A stretch of 20,593 nucleotides of DNA from contig CAXTYC010000056.1 of assembly GCA_964248365.1 (NCBI GenBank), positions 1 through 20,593 of the forward strand, given 5' to 3'. Below, piece by piece: positions 16,956 through 20,593 of this stretch. The stretch comes from an uncultured Chroococcidiopsis sp. Lineage in GTDB: Bacteria > Cyanobacteriota > Cyanobacteriia > Cyanobacteriales > Chroococcidiopsidaceae. Under the pieces are notes generated by a model that was not told the DNA's origin, searched no databases, and saw only the letters and a list, made by a program, of their open reading frames with translations. Position 1 is the stretch's first letter, and every line of letters begins with the position of its first letter. A program made the position numbers and the translations under genes.

Positions 16956-18233
16956 ATGCCAATGCACATCCCCGCTAATAGCCTCTGGCGCGATCGCTCG
17001 TTCGTGCTATTCTGGCTGGCGCGATCCGTCTCAATTCTCGGCTCAACAATTACGACTGTGGTACTCCCCATCGTGGTTTTCCGCCTCACTGGTTCAGCAT
17101 TTCAGACTTCACTGCTGGCAACCTTTGAGGTACTACCCTACTTTTTCTTCGGTTTGTTTGCAGGAGCGATCGCCGATAGAGTAAACCGCCGACGGTTGAT
17201 GGTAATGTGTGACTTAATTAGCACGGCTGTGCTGGGGAGCATTCCGTTGGCAGCGATGTTTGGTACGCTTACACTCACACAAATCTACGCCGTCGCACTC
17301 CTCTCGGCTACGGTTTTTGTTTGGTTTGATGCGGCTAACTTCGGCGCTCTTCCAGCACTGGTGGGGCGAGAACGCATCATCGAGGCGAACAGCCTGCTGT
17401 GGTCAACACACACGCTGATCTGGGTTATTGGTCCTGCGATTGGTGGGATGCTCGCGGCTACAATTGATCCAGCCTTGGCGATAGGATGTGACTCGCTAAG
17501 CTATACCCTCTCAGCGGTTGCGATCTTGCTAATTCCGCGAACCTTAAGTGTCACCTACCCAGCAGTTGCCTCGGCTAATGCGCTAGTACGTCGCACTCTG
17601 ACTGATATCCGCGAGGGGCTGCAATTTCTTTGGCAGCAGCGCTTAGTGCGGGATCTAACTTTCCTCGGCTTCGGCAACAGTTTCACTGGCGGAGCGGTAC
17701 TCGGTCTGTTGGTGGTATACGCAGTGCAAGGACTTGGTTTAGCGAAGAACGACCCGAAGATCGGACTGTTGTTTGCAGCAGGCGCGATCGGCGCACTCCT
17801 GGCAAGCCTACTCCTGCCGCGCCTTAATAAGCGCTATTGGGTAGGGCGGATAGCGCTTACAGGCTTATTTCTTAACCCAGTGATGCTTCTAGGTATGGTG
17901 TTGGCTCCATCCTTTGGTGTTGGTATAGTATTTTATACCCTTTGGACGATGTGCTACACATTGTTTATCGTCACTACTATATCGCTGCGCCAGGTAGTGA
18001 CACCCGATCACTTGCAGAGTCGAGTTAATGCCAGCGCTCGGATAATTGGTTGGGGCGGTCAGCCGTTCGGAGCAGCAGTTGCGGGTCTAGTAGCCGAGGC
18101 AACGACGGTTCGTATTGCCTATGTAGTAGTGGGGATGGGTGTGGTCGTAAGTGCAGCCGCTGGCTGGTTTTCGTCGCTGCGTGAGGGTGAGAATGTGTCT
18201 CAGAAGCCGGAGTGTGACTGCAAAAATCTTTAA
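16956..18233 (+). CDS. Major facilitator superfamily transporter (EntS/DHA3-like efflux type)
   Basis: About 12 hydrophobic segments, motif A GAIADRVNRRRLMV, DIREGLQFLW and PDHLQSRV. SD AGAGGA at 16941-16946. Only 22 nt after the PKS2 stop, so probably co-transcribed. Confidence 0.92.
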   Translation: MPMHIPANSLWRDRSFVLFWLARSVSILGSTITTVVLPIVVFRLTGSAFQTSLLATFEVLPYFFFGLFAGAIADRVNRRRLMVMCDLISTAVLGSIPLAAMFGTLTLTQIYAVALLSATVFVWFDAANFGALPALVGRERIIEANSLLWSTHTLIWVIGPAIGGMLAATIDPALAIGCDSLSYTLSAVAILLIPRTLSVTYPAVASANALVRRTLTDIREGLQFLWQQRLVRDLTFLGFGNSFTGGAVLGLLVVYAVQGLGLAKNDPKIGLLFAAGAIGALLASLLLPRLNKRYWVGRIALTGLFLNPVMLLGMVLAPSFGVGIVFYTLWTMCYTLFIVTTISLRQVVTPDHLQSRVNASARIIGWGGQPFGAAVAGLVAEATTVRIAYVVVGMGVVVSAAAGWFSSLREGENVSQKPECDCKNL

Positions 18234-18344
18234 AGAATACCAACTGCAAGGATGCGGAAGCTGTTTATCCCAAATCTGTCTTGAAAGTGTAGCTAAGCGG
18301 AAGTTTACCCTCTTGAATTGGAACTGGGTTGAAGATTAATTTGG

Positions 18345-18578
18345 TAGAGCGTGTTATGAACTTTGTACAAAAAGCTAGATAAATCGCTTGAGCATTAGGA
18401 CGCTTTGGCAACGAGTTCAAGCCCAACCAATGTCTCTGCCAGCCGTTCATAGTCTCGTGCTAGACGATCGCCTGTGAGCCATCTTTTACGAAACTACGCT
18501 CTACCACAAGGGCGACGGGGCAGCAACACAAACGCTTTTTTTACATCAGGAATCCGGTGTACCTCTAAAAATAATGCG
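18345..18578 (-). mobile_element. IS5-family remnant: degenerate transposase C-terminus plus right end (copy 2)
   Basis: Across frameshifts the minus strand reads LEVHRIPDVKKAFVLLPRR / VVERSF / RLARDYERLAETLVGLELVA / VLMLKRF, which matches IS5 DDE C-terminal motifs. It ends in ...GTTCATAACACGCTC-TA. Confidence 0.85.
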
Positions 18579-18837
18579 GTCTCTGTATTAGGGTTTACAC
18601 AGTTGGTGGCGAGAGATCTTCAAAAGAGGGCTGACATTATTTTTAAGACGGAAAATCTTAGGAAGCTTAACTACTGTGCTTTGAATCATAAAATGGCATT
18701 TTCGACCAAGATATGCTTCACAAATCCTTAGACTAAGAGAATGCAAGGCAATTGGATGAGTTTAGAGTGGTGGGACAAATTGAATCTTGTAGTGATGGGA
18801 AAATAATTATCTACATCAGAAATTCCCTGTTACTAAA

Positions 18838-19965
18838 ATGTCTAATAACTCAGTTTTTGCTCAACCACCAGAGATTGAAGTTGGTACATTGACGCTGTAC
18901 CAACTGTACGATATTGCTGATGAAATTGACTTAACCATCGCACAGACCTGCCTAGCAAAGCCGACGGCACACCGACGTACACCTCCCCCTGTGCGGCAAT
19001 CAGAAAGTATCCAGATTGCTCAACCACCATTACGCATTGAACTTAGCACAGTAGCAATCACGCTTGGTAAAATAGCACTAGGTGGTACATTACGCGCTAG
19101 CATCTACGACTTAGGTGCAGTAGCGATCGCTATCGAGCTGTCTTTGCCACAGCCAACTAACTGGACAACCGTTGCTGACTTATTGGGGAATAGCAAAGAA
19201 TCTTCAGAAGTTTTGCATACTCGCTTTTTAACAACCCTGGAGGAACTTGAGCGGGTACTTGTGCCAGCACTGACGCAACCACGCCGCGCCACAATTGTCG
19301 AAGACTACGGAATTATTACTGTTAAACGCTTAGTCGATAACATTGATATTGCCGCTCTAAGTGAGCATCCGTTAGTTAAGGCAGCATTACTAGGAGAGCA
19401 ACGGCTGCTCTCCCAAAGCGCTATGGGATTAATCACTAGCATGAGTTACTACCCTGATGACTTGGCACTATTGAGTTGGAACGGGGCATTGTTGATCGAA
19501 CCGGAACCACTAGCTGCTGTAACCGCTGCCAATCTGATTGAGTTTGCCAATGTTGAACTTTTGCTGATGCGATGCTACGATGCCGAGTTAGATGCACAGT
19601 TGCCGCAAATGTATCAGCGGATCGCTAGGGAACAACGCCGCTTTGAGTTACCACTAGTACGCCCCTACAGCCAACTACTCCACGACGTTCAGCGTTTGAT
19701 TGCCGAGGTCACGGAAGTTACCGAGCGAGTAGATAACGCACTAAAGGTAACTGATGACGTTTACTGGAATCGATTGTATAGCGCCACACTTAACGTATTA
19801 CGGGTAAATGTATGGCGTGCTGGGGTGGAGCATAAGTTAGCACTAGTGCGTGAAACCTACAGTATGCTTCATGATGAAGCTGATGCTGAACGCGCCTCCG
19901 CACTGGAATGGACAATTGTGCTGCTAATCCTGTTTGAGATTATCATGGCGCTACTGGGACATTAA
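18838..19965 (+). CDS. RMD1/DUF155-like conserved protein with one C-terminal membrane anchor
   Basis: 375-aa intact ORF. The helical C-terminal region ERVDNALK...YWNRLY...WRAGVEHKL ends in ALEWTIVLLILFEI, the LEW-hydrophobic-EI signature of RMD1-like proteins. Confidence 0.65.
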   Translation: MSNNSVFAQPPEIEVGTLTLYQLYDIADEIDLTIAQTCLAKPTAHRRTPPPVRQSESIQIAQPPLRIELSTVAITLGKIALGGTLRASIYDLGAVAIAIELSLPQPTNWTTVADLLGNSKESSEVLHTRFLTTLEELERVLVPALTQPRRATIVEDYGIITVKRLVDNIDIAALSEHPLVKAALLGEQRLLSQSAMGLITSMSYYPDDLALLSWNGALLIEPEPLAAVTAANLIEFANVELLLMRCYDAELDAQLPQMYQRIAREQRRFELPLVRPYSQLLHDVQRLIAEVTEVTERVDNALKVTDDVYWNRLYSATLNVLRVNVWRAGVEHKLALVRETYSMLHDEADAERASALEWTIVLLILFEIIMALLGH

Positions 19966-19974
19966 GCTCAATCT

Positions 19975-20530
19975 CTGACGGGGTGACAACAGAGCTAGGA
20001 TGCACAAAGAATTAACTTCATAGCCCGAATACCTCGTTGATAATACTTGCGTTTATTAGGACTTAATCTCATTAGTGCGGCGACTAATTCTCTACATGGT
20101 TCGACAAAATTTACCCAAGTCTGAGCAGATAAGCCAAGATAAAAACTACTGTGTCGTCGTGTAGAACGCTTGTTTTCCTTTACACGACCAACATATTTTT
20201 GCACCCCGATTCGTTTAATTTTTTCTCCTTGTAAAGTAGCAGAAGTATAGGCAAGAGCTATCAACAAGATTAAAGTAGTTAATTGTTGACCTGATACATT
20301 AGTTACTTCCAAGTTGTAACCGCCACTCTTGAAATCCTTAAACATTTCTTCAATCCCAAAGCGTTTACAGTAAGCGCGCTCTCGCCGCCTCTAGACTTTC
20401 CAAATTTGTGAGAACAAACCATCCTTCTTCTGGTGTCCAGCCCCGATATTTTCTTTGCCATTTACAAGCAATTTTGAAGCCGACAAACTTTTTTGTCTTT
20501 GTCACCTTGACTGCGTGAAGATACAGGGTA
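19975..20530 (-). mobile_element. IS4-family remnant: 5'-truncated, frameshifted transposase plus right end
   Basis: The minus strand reads LYLHAVKVTKTK...ACKWQRKYRG...EGWFVLTNL, shifts frame near 20375-20385, then reads AYCKRFGIEEMFKDFKSGGYNLE (YREK-type motif) to the stop at 19995. A terminal-repeat-like CTGACGGGGTGACAA starts at 19975. Confidence 0.85.
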
Positions 20531-20593
20531 AACGCATCTTATACCAATTATCTAAATTTCGGCAACAGATAGTGCCTGTAAAATATACTGCCT

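Larger units (their letters stand above)
850..19130. repeat. HIP1 octamer GCGATCGC, highly over-represented
   Basis: About 23 copies counted by eye (e.g. 850, 1129, 4533, 5040, 7300, 10039, 12210, 14685, 16990, 19123). Fewer than one would be expected by chance in 20.6 kb. Confidence 0.95.

Noticed and set aside
18265..18731. ORFs 18265-18450 (-) and 18474-18731 (+)
   Set aside because: Off-frame or antisense reads over the IS5 remnant, with no recognisable protein features.
18579..18735. Possible further small element (TTAGGGTTTACACAG...CACAAATCCTTAG) truncating IS5 copy 2
   Set aside because: The terminal match is too weak to support without a search.
252..19292. Many 60-125 aa ORFs antisense to or overlapping the long genes
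   Set aside because: Shadow ORFs of well-supported CDSs, with no motifs or ribosome-binding evidence.

Overview
Cyanobacterial chromosomal DNA: at least 20 HIP1 octamers (GCGATCGC), STRR-type microrepeats and GTAG-type REP elements. From left to right: (1) the 3' part of a CheA/PilL-type hybrid kinase gene; (2) a MITE, a strong hairpin terminator and a nested stack of IS5, IS6 and IS630 remnants; (3) a 13.8 kb secondary-lipid (PfaA/ArsA-like) iterative type I PKS/FAS cluster, comprising PKS1 [2x FabK-like ER-KS-AT-ACP], a KR ORF, PKS2 [KS-AT-DH-PPTase] and an MFS exporter; (4) a second, inverted IS5 remnant, an RMD1/DUF155-like gene and a frameshifted IS4 remnant. The most notable observation is the PKS1/KR junction. 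It has the layout of a bacterial -1 programmed ribosomal frameshift: AGGAGG, a 10-nt gap, in-phase G_GGA_AAG, an 8-nt gap and a small GC hairpin. The heptamer sits inside the only 37-nt window where both frames are open. A shift there would give the synthase in two forms, 1982 aa without KR and about 2490 aa with KR fused. The cluster has no recognisable chain-release enzyme, so its product is unknown. All family assignments come from recognising motifs by eye, not from database searches.
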